From the human T2T-CHM13v2.0 reference genome, Homo sapiens, in NCBI RefSeq assembly GCF_009914755.1, contig NC_060939.1: a stretch of 64,000 nt of DNA; one strand, 5' to 3'. Below the pieces are notes generated by a model. It had not been told where the DNA came from. It did not search any database and saw only the letters and a list, made by a program, of their open reading frames with translations. How positions within the stretch are numbered: the first letter of the stretch is position 1; every line of letters starts with the position of its first letter. Both the position numbers and the translations under genes were made by a program. Of the stretch, positions 1-49,779 are shown piece after piece.

Positions 1-1232
<1,232 letters not shown>

Positions 1233-1565
1233 TTAATAATATAAGTACCATCCCGACCTTGTACTTATATTATTAACTCACTCAGGAACATGGCATTAGG
1301 CTATATTGGGGTCCTTTGGCTTCCTTGTTTGCTCAGCAGTGAATCGCGTCCATATTTAGGAAGGCTCTGCTTAGTCACAGTAAGGACCATCCTCCTGATG
1401 GATGCGTACACTGCTCTTCCTGACTTTAGATGGAACTTGGTCCTGGCCTTCTCCTGCCCTTCAGTCCTGGTGTCTGGGGTGGGTCCATTGAGGCAGTCCT
1501 GTGCCGTGCATCCCCGTCATGGCTCAGCGTGTGCCTAAGCCCAGCCCATCCGACTCTCCCTCCAG

Positions 1566-6650
<5,085 letters not shown>

Positions 6651-7640
6651 GAGCTGACTTCCAGAGGACGCTGCCCTGGCTTCAGGGGCTGTGAATGCTC
6701 GGAGAGGGTCAACTGGACCTCCCCTCCGCTCTGCTCTTCGTGGAACACGACCGTGGTGCCCGGCCCTTGGGAGCCTTGGGGCCAGCTGGCCTGCTGCTCT
6801 CCAGTCAAGTAGCGAAGCTCCTACCACCCAGACACCCAAACAGCCGTGGCCCCAGAGGTCCTGGCCAAATATGGGGGCCTGCCTAGGTTGGTGGAACAGT
6901 GCTCCTTATGTAAACTGAGCCCTTTGTTTAAAAAACAATTCCAAATGTGAAACTAGAATGAGAGGGAAGAGATAGCATGGCATGCAGCACACACGGCTGC
7001 TCCAGTTCATGGCCTCCCAGGGGTGCTGGGGATGCATCCAAAGTGGTTGTCTGAGACAGAGTTGGAAACCCTCACCAACTGGCCTCTTCACCTTCCACAT
7101 TATCCCGCTGCCACCGGCTGCCCTGTCTCACTGCAGATTCAGGACCAGCTTGGGCTGCGTGCGTTCTGCCTTGCCAGTCAGCCGAGGATGTAGTTGTTGC
7201 TGCCGTCGTCCCACCACCTCAGGGACCAGAGGGCTAGGTTGGCACTGCGGCCCTCACCAGGTCCTGGGCTCGGACCCAACTCCTGGACCTTTCCAGCCTG
7301 TATCAGGCTGTGGCCACACGAGAGGACAGCGCGAGCTCAGGAGAGATTTCGTGACAATGTACGCCTTTCCCTCAGAATTCAGGGAAGAGACTGTCGCCTG
7401 CCTTCCTCCGTTGTTGCGTGAGAACCCGTGTGCCCCTTCCCACCATATCCACCCTCGCTCCATCTTTGAACTCAAACACGAGGAACTAACTGCACCCTGG
7501 TCCTCTCCCCAGTCCCCAGTTCACCCTCCATCCCTCACCTTCCTCCACTCTAAGGGATATCAACACTGCCCAGCACAGGGGCCCTGAATTTATGTGGTTT
7601 TTATACATTTTTTAATAAGATGCACTTTATGTCATTTTTT

Positions 7641-7646
7641 AATAAA
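7641..7646 (+). terminator. SEMA4B: SEMA4B polyadenylation signal
   Basis: AATAAA about 1 kb after the stop, preceded by a U-rich tract. Confidence 0.85.
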
Positions 7647-8271
7647 GTCTGAAGAATTACTGTTTAATCCTGGCTCTTCCTCTTCAAGGACAGTTGCTTT
7701 TTGAGGTAGGTCTAGTCTTCTGAGTTCTGAGAGGTTCTGAACCTCTTCTTTGCAGGCTCAAGTGAGCCAGAGTCAGCCTAGCCTGGTCAGCAACGTCTCC
7801 CTGTGGGGCGGCTCTGAGGTGGGGAGCTTAACGCACTGATAGGCGGAGGCAGGGGGTTCATTGCGTTTACCTCAACCCCTTCATTCTGCATCCCCAATTC
7901 AGTTTAGCAAGGGTAGGGACACAAGGGAAGGGATGGGATGGGATGGGGGCCCTGTATTAAAGTTTTTAATTCTTCAGATCATGCAGTAAAATAGACTTTA
8001 CTGATGTACGGTTCTTTACATTTTGATGCATGCAGAGACTCATCTAACCACCACCCCAATCAGGATACAGGCGAGTCCCACACCTCCTGCTGCCCCTTCA
8101 TCCTCACACCCTCCCACGGGGACAGCCAGCGTGGGTGCGGCTTGACTTCCCGCTGGCCTCTGCTCGATATGCTGCTTATTCCTAGGATGATTGAAGGCTC
8201 TTAGAAGAGAAGTCCAGTCCTTCCTCATACCAGTGTATCTCATGTCACACATAGGGTCAAACTTCTAAACC

Positions 8272-8277
8272 TTTATT
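8272..8277 (-). terminator. CIB1: CIB1 canonical polyadenylation signal
   Basis: TTTATT on + (AATAAA on -), about 215 nt past the CIB1 stop, with GU-rich sequence downstream on -. Confidence 0.85.
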
Positions 8278-8490
8278 ACTGATTAGTACAAACACAAACG
8301 GAGCAATGACAACAGCAGTGAGGAGAGGCCCTGACAACGAGGGCCGCCCCTGCCCGGGGTGAGGCTGCACAGCGCCAGCTCCAGGCTGGGCCAGCTTGGC
8401 CCGCACTGGCAACACAGGCTTGACCTTGGCCACAGCTCAGCAGTAGAAAGGTTCTTGGACAGGGTGCCAGGACACACGCTGGGGCTGCTG

Positions 8491-11400
8491 TCACAGGACA
8501 ATCTTAAAGGAGCTGAACAAGAGAAAAGCGGTGGGTTTTCTGCTGGAAGAGGAGGGCAGGGACTAAACCCGAACTTGCCCCCTTCTCCCTTTAGACCCTT
8601 CTTTGGAACGGGCTATGTTCCGTGTGTCAGCCCCCTCTGCAAGAACTCCCCGAGACATCCAGAGGGAGCTTTCTGGACCCACACACTGGGTCAGAGCTTC
8701 TAAACCTTTATTACTAATGAGTACAAACACAGAGCAATGACAATGGCAGTGGGAAGGGGAGAGGTCTTGACAAGGAGGGCTGCCCCTGCCCGGGGCGAGA
8801 CTGCCAGCTTAGCCGGCCCTGTGTGTGGGGACTGGGGCTTTCTCTCACCCTGGCACCACCTCCTGTAGCCATGCCCTAGGCCCAGAGGCAGCAGGTCGGA
8901 ACCTGCAGGTACCCAGAATGAAGGGGGACCACTGTCATACCTGGCAAAGTCTGGAGAACGGGAGATGACGTGCTGGAACTCAGAGAGGTTGATGGTTCCA
9001 TCCCTGTCAATGTCAGACTCCTCCAGGATCTGGGAAAGGGAGAGTTTCAGGCCAGAGCCCCAACTGCTCCCTCCCGCTCCCAGGCCTGCTCAGCTGCTCA
9101 CGTTGTCGATGAGCTGCTTCATCTCAGACGCACTAAGCCGTGTGTCCTCGCCCTCTCCCGTGAGGCAGTTCACCAGCCGGCTCAGGTCTTCTCTGTTCAA
9201 GGTTCCGTCATCATCAAAGTCTAGAGAGCAGACACAGGAAGCCAAAAGACACGGTTGGGAGGGGCTCTGAGGTTCCCCAAACGGCGCCCATTTCCCAAGC
9301 AGGGCCACCACAAAGCCCACGTGGGAAGGGGTGGTGTCCTGCCGGGCTGCTCCTGGTTCTCACCAAAGATGCGGAAGGCATAATGGGACTTGATGTCTGG
9401 CGTGGCTGTGTCACTGAACACACTGAGGAGATCCAGGAAGTCCTCAAAGCTAAGGCTGTCTTTGGCTGGGGATGTGGAGAAGACCCTGCAGATTCGCTCC
9501 TTGAAGGGGTTGGCCTAGGAGAACAAACGCCACAGGACGTGGCCCAGGTCACACGCTCATTAAAGCCTACCAGAAACTTGAGAGAGCAGGTCACAGGACC
9601 AGCACCAGCGAGCTCAGCCTCGTGGGGGTGAACAGTCAGTGCTTTGGGGCCAACATGGAGGGCAGTGGGGGCACAGGAAAGCAAACTGACCCAGCTGGGG
9701 AAGGGACTGAGATGGCTTCCTGGGAGTCAAGTGTTTAACCCAAAGGCAGGTCACATACAACGTAAGTGTGGGCAGAGAGGGAAGAAGAAGTCATCCTAAA
9801 CAAAGGGAACGAGATGGGCTGGTTATTTTAAAACACAAATATTTACTTGAACAGCTATTGTGTTACAGGCACCGGGCCAGGCCCTTTGCACAGAAATTTT
9901 GCAGCAGCCTTACGGAGTGGCAATCAGCCTCTAGAACACGGTTCCTCAAACTCTAATGAGGTACCTCAACTCCTCTTAAGGGACAAAACTTCTTTGAACT
10001 TCCAAGATTATGTTCTAGAATCCCCATTTGAAAAGCACCATTCTAGATAATTCTGCCAGGTGATTTTGGTAAAGTCCTTGCCCCTAGAAAATCAGAACTA
10101 AGCAGAAAAATGACCAGAGTGGGGACCAGTGACCCCATGATCCCAAAGCTAGTGGCAGATGGAGTTAGGGGGTCTAGCAGGGAGGGAGTGGTGGGAGAGG
10201 TGTCAAAGGAGGGGAGCGCTTGCACCTTGAGCTCTGGAAGGCTGAGAATCTGCTCGAAGGGCACTTGTGCCCGAAGTGACGACTCCACGCTCCGCTGCTC
10301 CTGGGGAAGCAGCTCACAAAACCGCCTGTGGGCTCTGGTAGAGAGAGGGGAACTGTCGGTGTTCTCAGCGATCGGTCTCCCTGTGTGTTCATTCCCACTC
10401 CTTGCCTGCTGCTCATTGTCAACCAGGTGAGGAGCTAAAACCACGTACACAGAACTTCCGAGTCATCAGGCAACGGTAAGCAAAAGGACATGTCACAAGG
10501 CAGTACAGCCTAGGAGTCTATTCTTGCAATGAGTATTTACTGAGCATTTACTATGTGCTTGGCACTGATTCTAGAGATCCCCAAGGGATGAAGAAGTTGG
10601 GAAAGGAGCCAGAAGTTGGCCCTAAAGAATTGGCCAGGCACGGTGGCTCACACCTGTAATCCCAGCACTTTGGGAGGCCAAGGCGGGCGGAGCTTTGGAG
10701 GTCAGGCGTCTGAGACCAGTCTGAGCAACATGGTGAACCCCTTCTCTACTAAAAATACAAAAATTAGCCGGGCATGGTGGCGGGTGCCTATAATCCCAGC
10801 TACTCAGGAGGCTGAGGCAGGAGAATCACTTGAACCCGGAGGCAGGAGAATCACTTGAACCCGGAGGCAGAGCCTGCAGTGAGCCAAGATCGTGCCCCAG
10901 CACTCCAGCCTGGGCGACAGAGCGAGACGCTGTCTCAAAAAAAAAAAAACGGAGAAAAGAGCAAAACCAAAAATCTCATTCTCACCTTCACTCCAGGGAT
11001 CTCTTACCCTCAAAGCCTCCTTTTTAGCAACCACACTGAACTGTCCTCCTCGGCCTCCACCTCCTTCCCATGAGCTTATCTTTGCCACAGGAACCTGGCC
11101 TGCATAAATCCGGCAAAAGGGCTTCCAGCCCAAGTTCAAATCTACTTACTCAGAGTGTTGTCTTAAGCAGTTACCAAACCTTTCTGAACCTGTTTCATTG
11201 TCCAGTACCTCTCTCCTAAAGATTAAATTAGGTAACGCAGGCAACCATTTAGCACAGTCCCTGGCACATGGTGAGTGCTCAGAAAGCGATAACGGTTACT
11301 GTATTATTCAGGTAAAGTTGGGAGAAGGAGCCGGGCTCCCCAAGGCTTCTGTGGTTTAGCCACTGGGCAAGGTCGGCCCCTGCCGGACTGGGGCAGGAAG

Positions 11401-11892
11401 TTCGGCAGTGCTGAAGCTAGTGGAGCCCAGGGTCAAAGAGCGCCTAACTTTTCCTGGAGGCTGTAAGGTGGCTCCGCGGTGCCACGCTGGGGCCTCAGGC
11501 GAGGGCGGGGAGGGCGTGCCGGGAGGAGGGCGCAGCCCGGGCTAGGTCTCCCGGCCTCCAGCTCCCGCTCCTCTGCAGACCTCAGGCCAGCCCCCGCCCC
11601 TCCCTCGGGACAGCGCCCCCGAAGCTGTCTCTAGAGGATCCCGGGGTCGGAGGCAGGGTTCAAGGCAGCACTTACAGGAGGATCTCCTGCTTCGTCAGGA
11701 ACGTCAAGTCCTGGAAGGCAAAGCCAGAGCGGGGATTAGCGGACCGCTGGGAGGCCGCGGCCGCCCCGCAGCCAGCTCCCGGACCCTGCTCCCGAGAAGA
11801 GGCCCGCACGCGAGCTCCCCAGGGCCAGGCGTCCCGCGCACCTGGTACTCGGCCAGCAGCTCCTTGGACAGGCGACTGCCCGAGCCCCCCAT
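8491..11892 (-). CDS. CIB1: Calcium and integrin-binding protein 1 (191 aa, EF-hand, N-myristoylation motif MGGSGS)
   Basis: Exons 11892-11842, 11710-11676, 10334-10226, 9514-9364, 9220-9102, 9029-8941, 8512-8491 sum to 576 nt (191 aa + TGA). All introns are GT-AG. EF loops [12 protein letters not shown] and [12 protein letters not shown]; ends SSFKIVL. Confidence 0.98.
10226..10454 (-). CDS. CIB1: Extended CIB1 exon 3 from an alternative acceptor (+120 nt, +40 aa, 231-aa isoform)
   Basis: AG at 10456-10455 lies exactly 120 nt upstream of the normal acceptor. The insert is stop-free ([16 protein letters not shown]...SSPLSTR) and matches a recalled longer CIB1 isoform. Confidence 0.65.
10632..10949 (+). 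mobile_element. Alu in CIB1 intron 2 with an internal 25-bp tandem duplication
   Basis: Alu consensus; GAGGCAGGAGAATCACTTGAACCCG twice at 10814-10863. Confidence 0.9.
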
Positions 11893-12420
11893 CGCCCCGC
11901 CGCGCGCACAGCTCCGCCAACTCGCCTCGAGACGCAGACAACTTTCTCACTTCCGCCCTTGGGCCGCGTCACTGCCCGGTCCCCGCGGCAACCGCTCCTG
12001 GGGCCACCACCCCCGGGCCCGCCCCCTCCTAAAAGCTGCCAGGCGTTCCCAGCCGGGTTTGGCAGGCGAGCTGCCGGCTCCAAGCGGTCCTAGGCGAGCT
12101 GGAGGCGGGGCCCGGGGAGGGGCCCGACGCTCCGGGGCGGAGCCCGGGACTCACGGCCCCGCCTCCGGGGTGGGAGGGGGGGGCGGGCCACGCCGCGCGC
12201 GTGCGTGCTGGCTGCGTATGCGTCACGGGCGTCATGACCTCGCTGTGGCCCCGGCAGCGGCTGCGGGGAAAGTCGCGAGGTGCATCCGCTTCGGCTGCAG
12301 TAGGTGGTGGCGGCGGCAGCCCTGGGTGGGGTCCCATAGGGGCATCTGAGAAGTCACTGGAGCTAGCGTTTCCGGGAAACCTGGAGACTCGCTGAGTGGC
12401 GGGGGTCGTCGGCTGCCCCT
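11460..12420. promoter_or_regulatory. CpG island / bidirectional promoter of CIB1 (-) and GDPGP1 (+)
   Basis: Very high GC and CpG density, several GC boxes, ACTTCCG ETS core near 11949, TGCGTCAC CRE-like element near 12219; head-to-head gene layout. Confidence 0.85.
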
Positions 12421-13290
12421 CTGCCCAGCAAGGGCTTTTCTAGATGTTATCATCAGGCAATCGCTGCACCTGTCGCAGCCCCCAAGCCACCTCTTCCAGA
12501 AGTAACCATAACCTTGCTTCCTTCTTAGGCTATTTACTGAGGACCCACTGGATGTCAAGCATTGTGCATAGTTTTCTTCGATTGTTGCAACATCCCTTGC
12601 GAGGTAGGTTCCCATTTTACAAAGATGGAAATACGTAAGTCCAAAGGGTGTTAGTGATTTTTCCGGGCGCCGGCATTTAGAAGGTAATCGGTCCAGTCCA
12701 AGGCACTTTTAAAGGCTCTCCACTGCTGTTCTCATCATTCCAGCTGACCTGCCGTCCTTTTGACTCCATCTCACCCCTAGACTGCTGACCCTTTGCTCTT
12801 GTCCCCTCTTAACCTCTAGGATAATGTTTGGCACATAGTAGGCTCTCAGTAAATATTATCGAATGCATAATAAATGAATGAACGTATACTATTGCAAAAG
12901 GTAAGGATTCCAAACTGCTGGGAGGAGGAAGTGGAGGTTGTGTTGGTCAGGCTGGGATTAATTCTTGATCCTTCCAATCCATTATACTTGCTGATCTTTG
13001 TAAAGTCTAAATCTGAGTATGTTAGTCTCAGTTTATAACCATTAAATGGTTAAAAACCCAAATCCTGGCCCTCTGTAACTGGACTTCCTCCTATTGGCTC
13101 TCTGTCTTTCAGCCACTTTGGGCCCTCAGTCCCTCTTCCATCTCATCCTCAGGGAAGCCTTTCCTGACTCCCTAGACTGCCTAGGAATCTACTTTACACT
13201 GGAAGAATACCCAGTGCTCTCCTTGGCAGCATGTGTTTGATAAGACACACTGTATTAACAGGTACATTCCATCATTGTAGAAATATTCAA

Positions 13291-16318
<3,028 letters not shown>

Positions 16319-16498
16319 TGACCATCTGAACCATTTCTAAGTGTATAGTCGTGTTAAGCACATTCACGATGTTGTGCGGCAAATCTCCAGGACGTTTTCA
16401 TCTTGCAAACTAAGCCTCAATACTCATTAAACTTAGCTTGACTTTTGATATGTAATTTTTTATATGTTTTGTTTCCTTTCTGTTTTATTAACATGAAG

Positions 16499-16555
16499 TT
16501 TCTGGAGCAGCAGAGCTGAAGGAACCCAAACTTGGACTGAAGTGACTCTACTAAG
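16499..16555 (+). other. GDPGP1: Probable non-coding 5' UTR exon of GDPGP1 (another candidate at 12529-12603)
   Basis: Pyrimidine tract plus AG upstream and AAG|GTAATG donor, in unique sequence between the promoter and the coding exon. Confidence 0.5.
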
Positions 16556-17311
16556 GTAATGCCTCCTTTTGACATCCTATCTGGGCCAGTGGCAGACCCC
16601 TCTCCCTGACAGTGCTGGGTCCAGGGCTCCAGGCAGCCAGGGGAAGATGAAGACAGGCACTAATTTCCCCCTTGAAAGGTTGGCCCTGGACACTTACCCA
16701 CACATCAGTGCCATCCTCACCCAAATGTTTCTATGCATGACCAATTGGAATCACTATGGAACATGGAAAAGCTTTTCCCACAAAAGAAGTGGTCATCTTT
16801 GAAACCCTGAGCACTCTCATGCACTGGAACTCAGGTATGATTTTCTGGAGGGCAGTTTGATGGTGTGTATAAAAAATCTGAGCCATGGGAATTTGAGACC
16901 ACCTGAACAGCATAGCAAGGCTCTGTCTCTACCAAAAACAAAACAAAACAAAATAAAACCAAAACCTGAGCCATGGACCTACTCTGACCCAGTGGTATAC
17001 CAGGATTTTATTTTAAAGGAAAATAAAAACATGACATGTTCAATGATGAGTGTGTGAGTGTATAGGATGTTCATTGCCACATTGTGTATAATAGAATGAA
17101 ACTAGCTACAACCTATATAAACAGTTGAAGATTGGTTAAAAAGTCAAGATCCATCTATGTATGAAAATGAAGCTAAACATAAATTGTGATTTTTCCTTAG
17201 GCATTATAACAAAGGGTTATATTTTATCTTTATTGTTTCTCCATTAAAAAAATTTACTCGATATATATAATTTTTAGAAAGAAAAAATAGTTGATCTATA
17301 TGAGACATAAA

Positions 17312-17312
<1 letters not shown>

Positions 17313-17346
<34 letters not shown>
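17313..17346. repeat. (TG)17 microsatellite
   Basis: Direct reading. Confidence 0.95.
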
Positions 17347-17349
<3 letters not shown>

Positions 17350-17711
17350 TAGTCTGTTCTCACACTGCTGTGAAGAAATACCCAAGACTGGGTAATTTAT
17401 AAAGGAAAGAGGTTTTATTGACTCACAGTTCTGCAAGGGTGGACAGGCCTCAGGAAACTTACAATCATGACAGAAGGGGAAGCAAACACATCCTTCTTCA
17501 CATGGCAGCAGCAGGGAGATGTGCAGAGCAAAGAGGGAGGTAAAGCCTCTTATAAAACCATCAGATCTCAGGAGAACTCACTATCACGAGAACAGCATGG
17601 AGGTGACCGCCCCCATGATTCATTTACTTTCCACCGGGCCCCTCCCACAACAAGTGGGGATTATAGGAACCACAAGATGAAATTTGGGTGGAGACATAGC
17701 CAAACCATATC
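17345..17711 (-). mobile_element. THE1-type MaLR solo LTR
   Basis: Begins TGTATTAGTCTGTTCTCACACTGCT and ends AGCCAAACCATATC, the recalled reverse-strand THE1 consensus termini. Confidence 0.85.
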
Positions 17712-17725
17712 TATCTATCTATCTA

Positions 17726-18845
<1,120 letters not shown>

Positions 18846-18915
18846 CAATGACAATCTCTGGAGGTGGGTTACCATCATGTGTTTTCATCTTTTATGACTA
18901 TTTCAGGTCAGCTCT

Positions 18916-20073
18916 ATGGCTCTTCCACATGATTCAAACGAAACTTCCTATTTGCTGCCTCCCAACAATGAGGACTGGGGCGGGCAAACCATTCCTGACT
19001 TTGTTTATGGGCAGAAGGATCTCATGGCAGAAGGGATTCAGTGGCCAAGGAATGCACCTGGCATCCCAGATGCTCTGCCACAATCTCCCTTTGATGCTGC
19101 ACTCTGCTCTGCCTGGAAGCAGCGGGTGGAGCTGGGGCTGTTTCGCTACCGTCTACGGGAGCTACAGACCCAAATCCTCCCTGGTGCTGTGGGTTTCGTG
19201 GCTCAGCTGAATGTGGAGCGTGGTGTGCAGAGGAGGCCCCCGCAGACCATCAAGAGTGTGAGGCAGGCATTTGACCCTGTACAGTTCAACTTCAACAAGA
19301 TCCGGCCCGGAGAAGTCCTCTTCCGTTTGCACCGGGAGCCTGATCTCCCTGGGACTCTGCTGCAAGAAGACATCCTGGTGGTGATCAACGTCAGCCCCCT
19401 GGAGTGGGGCCACGTGCTGCTGGTGCCTGAGCCTGCCCGCCAGCTCCCCCAGCGCCTGCTGCCGGGTGCACTGAGGGCAGGGATTGAGGCTGTGCTGCTG
19501 AGCTTACACCCGGGCTTCCGTGTCGGCTTCAACAGCCTGGGAGGCTTGGCCTCGGTGAACCACCTCCACCTGCATGGCTATTACCTGGCCCACAGACTGC
19601 CCGTGGAGCAGGCGCCAAGCGAGCCCCTGGACCCTGGAGGCCATTTGCATCTGCTCCAGGACCTCCCAGCTCCTGGCTTCCTCTTTTACACTCGTGGGCC
19701 AGGGCCTGACTTGGAGTCCTTGATAAGCAGGGTATGTCGGGCCACTGATTATCTGACTGACCATGAGATTGCTCATAACTTGTTTGTCACCCGGGGAGCT
19801 CCGCCGGGAAAGACATCACCTTCCTCAGCCCTCACAGGGGTCCGAGTAATTCTGTGGGCCCGGAAGTCCAGCTTTGGGATAAAGGACGGTGAAGCTTTCA
19901 ATGTTGCCCTCTGTGAGCTGGCTGGGCACCTCCCTGTCAAAACATCCCAGGACTTCAGCAGCCTGACAGAGGCAGCTGCTGTGGCCCTCATTCAGGACTG
20001 TCGGCTGCCCCCATCCCAGGCAGAAGACGTACAGGCAGCACTGGTGGCCCTGATGTCCCAGGAAGAGCAATAA
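18916..20073 (+). CDS. GDPGP1: GDP-D-glucose phosphorylase 1 (385 aa, VTC2-like HIT family)
   Basis: Uninterrupted 385-aa ORF; acceptor TTTCAG just upstream (exon starts 18907); HIT motif HLHLH at 19561-19575. Confidence 0.97.
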   Translation: MALPHDSNETSYLLPPNNEDWGGQTIPDFVYGQKDLMAEGIQWPRNAPGIPDALPQSPFDAALCSAWKQRVELGLFRYRLRELQTQILPGAVGFVAQLNVERGVQRRPPQTIKSVRQAFDPVQFNFNKIRPGEVLFRLHREPDLPGTLLQEDILVVINVSPLEWGHVLLVPEPARQLPQRLLPGALRAGIEAVLLSLHPGFRVGFNSLGGLASVNHLHLHGYYLAHRLPVEQAPSEPLDPGGHLHLLQDLPAPGFLFYTRGPGPDLESLISRVCRATDYLTDHEIAHNLFVTRGAPPGKTSPSSALTGVRVILWARKSSFGIKDGEAFNVALCELAGHLPVKTSQDFSSLTEAAAVALIQDCRLPPSQAEDVQAALVALMSQEEQ

Positions 20074-20094
20074 TACTTCTGGATGTATTTATGT

Positions 20095-27231
<7,137 letters not shown>

Positions 27232-27299
27232 GGGAGAATTGAGGAGAGGCAAACAGCTATTTGTCCTCATTATATGCTTGGCCAAATTCCTTGGCCCGG

Positions 27300-27830
27300 G
27301 GTTTAGGGAAAGATGGGAGTGCGGCGAGAACTGGCTTCGAAGCGGGAGGGCTGCAAGTCCCATGATACACCGGAAGAATCTGGCGTCGAGGCCGGCCAGC
27401 TCCAAAGGGCAAACGCTGTCTCCCCCACCCAAGGTAGCCTCGGCCCGCGCCCAAGTGGGTGTGGCTGCGGGAAAGCCCCGCCCCCAGGACGCTTCTCCAA
27501 TGGGAACTGCCCTCGTGTCCATGGCAACGGCGGCGGCCACGGGCTTGCTAGAGGAAGCGCTGCCCCGGCAGCCGCAGCCACGGCCACCGGGAGCTAGGAG
27601 TGAACCCCTGCGGGGGAGCAGCTTCCCCCTCGCGATCGTGGGGACAGCCAGTCCTGTGAAACGAGGAGGCGGTTCCGGACGCCCAGAAACGCCCAGGGAG
27701 ACCTGGAGCCGGGGGAAGAGGGGACATGAGCGGCCAGCTGAGTCCATCCCCAGGCGGCTAGGGGCGGACCCAGCAGCCCCTCAGCTCTCCTCGTAACCAC
27801 GGGTGGGCAGTCTCCACCGTCACAGCCCAA
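27300..27830 (+). promoter_or_regulatory. TTLL13: CpG-rich promoter / non-coding first exon of TTLL13, with CCAAT box and RFX X-box
   Basis: CpG cluster about 1 kb upstream of the ATG exon; CCAAT at 27497-27501; GTGTCCATGGCAAC at 27515-27528. Confidence 0.7.
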
Positions 27831-27933
27831 AGGGTCTTAGCCATCGGGTGCCTGTCCCTAGTGTGTACACGTGCAGAAAATGAGTCCTGGGAGAGGGAAA
27901 GGGCCAGCGTAGGGGGCTTTTGGTCTTCAGCTG

Positions 27934-42957
<15,024 letters not shown>

Positions 42958-43702
42958 AAGCAGGAGGGAAGCACTCTACCTCTCCTGGATAACCTCCCCA
43001 GGTTTCCAAAGGGCATTAAATCTTTGCTAAATGAATGACTGCCACCAAGTTCCACTTTGAAAAGCCCTGCCCAGGAACCCCATTTGTATAAGGCAAAATA
43101 CAAAGACACCAAGAATTCCTCAATACCCTAAGATTAATTGGGGATCGGTAAAGACTAGAAGATGAAGAGGCGCCAAGGCCAGCCATGTACTCATTTCTGC
43201 TCATCAAGCCTTAGCCTGGGTTTATCGCTAGGTGATGGGTCTGAACCCTAGGTGCGGCCCGGGGCTGGAGGCCATCCAGGAGACAATGAGCCCCTTTCCC
43301 AGAGAAGCCGAGTGCCCAAGGCACTGGGCTGTCGCCGTCAGAAGACTGCCGAGCGGAAGCCCTGCCCACCGAGGTGGCGGAGACAGGCAGGCCTGGGCAG
43401 CCGCTGGGGCGGAGGGACGGCTCTTGGAAACGGAATCCGTACTTTAATTAAAGTTTATGCAGTTTTCCAGGAGCGTCCTGTACCTCATTTCGGCCCTCAC
43501 GTTTCAGGGAAGCCCTCTCCACAGTTACAGGCAGAAAGGGTGGGCCACTGAGCAGCGTGAGCCCAGATCTTACCCCCACCAAGTGAAGCGGCAAATAACT
43601 TGCTACTACCCAGCCTCCGGCCCGCCCCTTCCACTTCCGGTCTTACCCGGCTACTTCCGCTGCTGTTTCGTAGCCGACTGCTGAAGGCTGGTTTGCGTCG
43701 AC

Positions 43703-49779
<6,077 letters not shown>

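Noticed and set aside
6982-7587. 201-aa ORF in the SEMA4B 3' UTR
   Set aside because: GC-rich UTR sequence with no recognisable domain; expected by chance
18982-18984. GDPGP1 codon 23 reads Gly where I recall Arg in the reference protein
   Set aside because: Relies on memory of the reference; at most an ordinary SNP in the unconserved N-terminus
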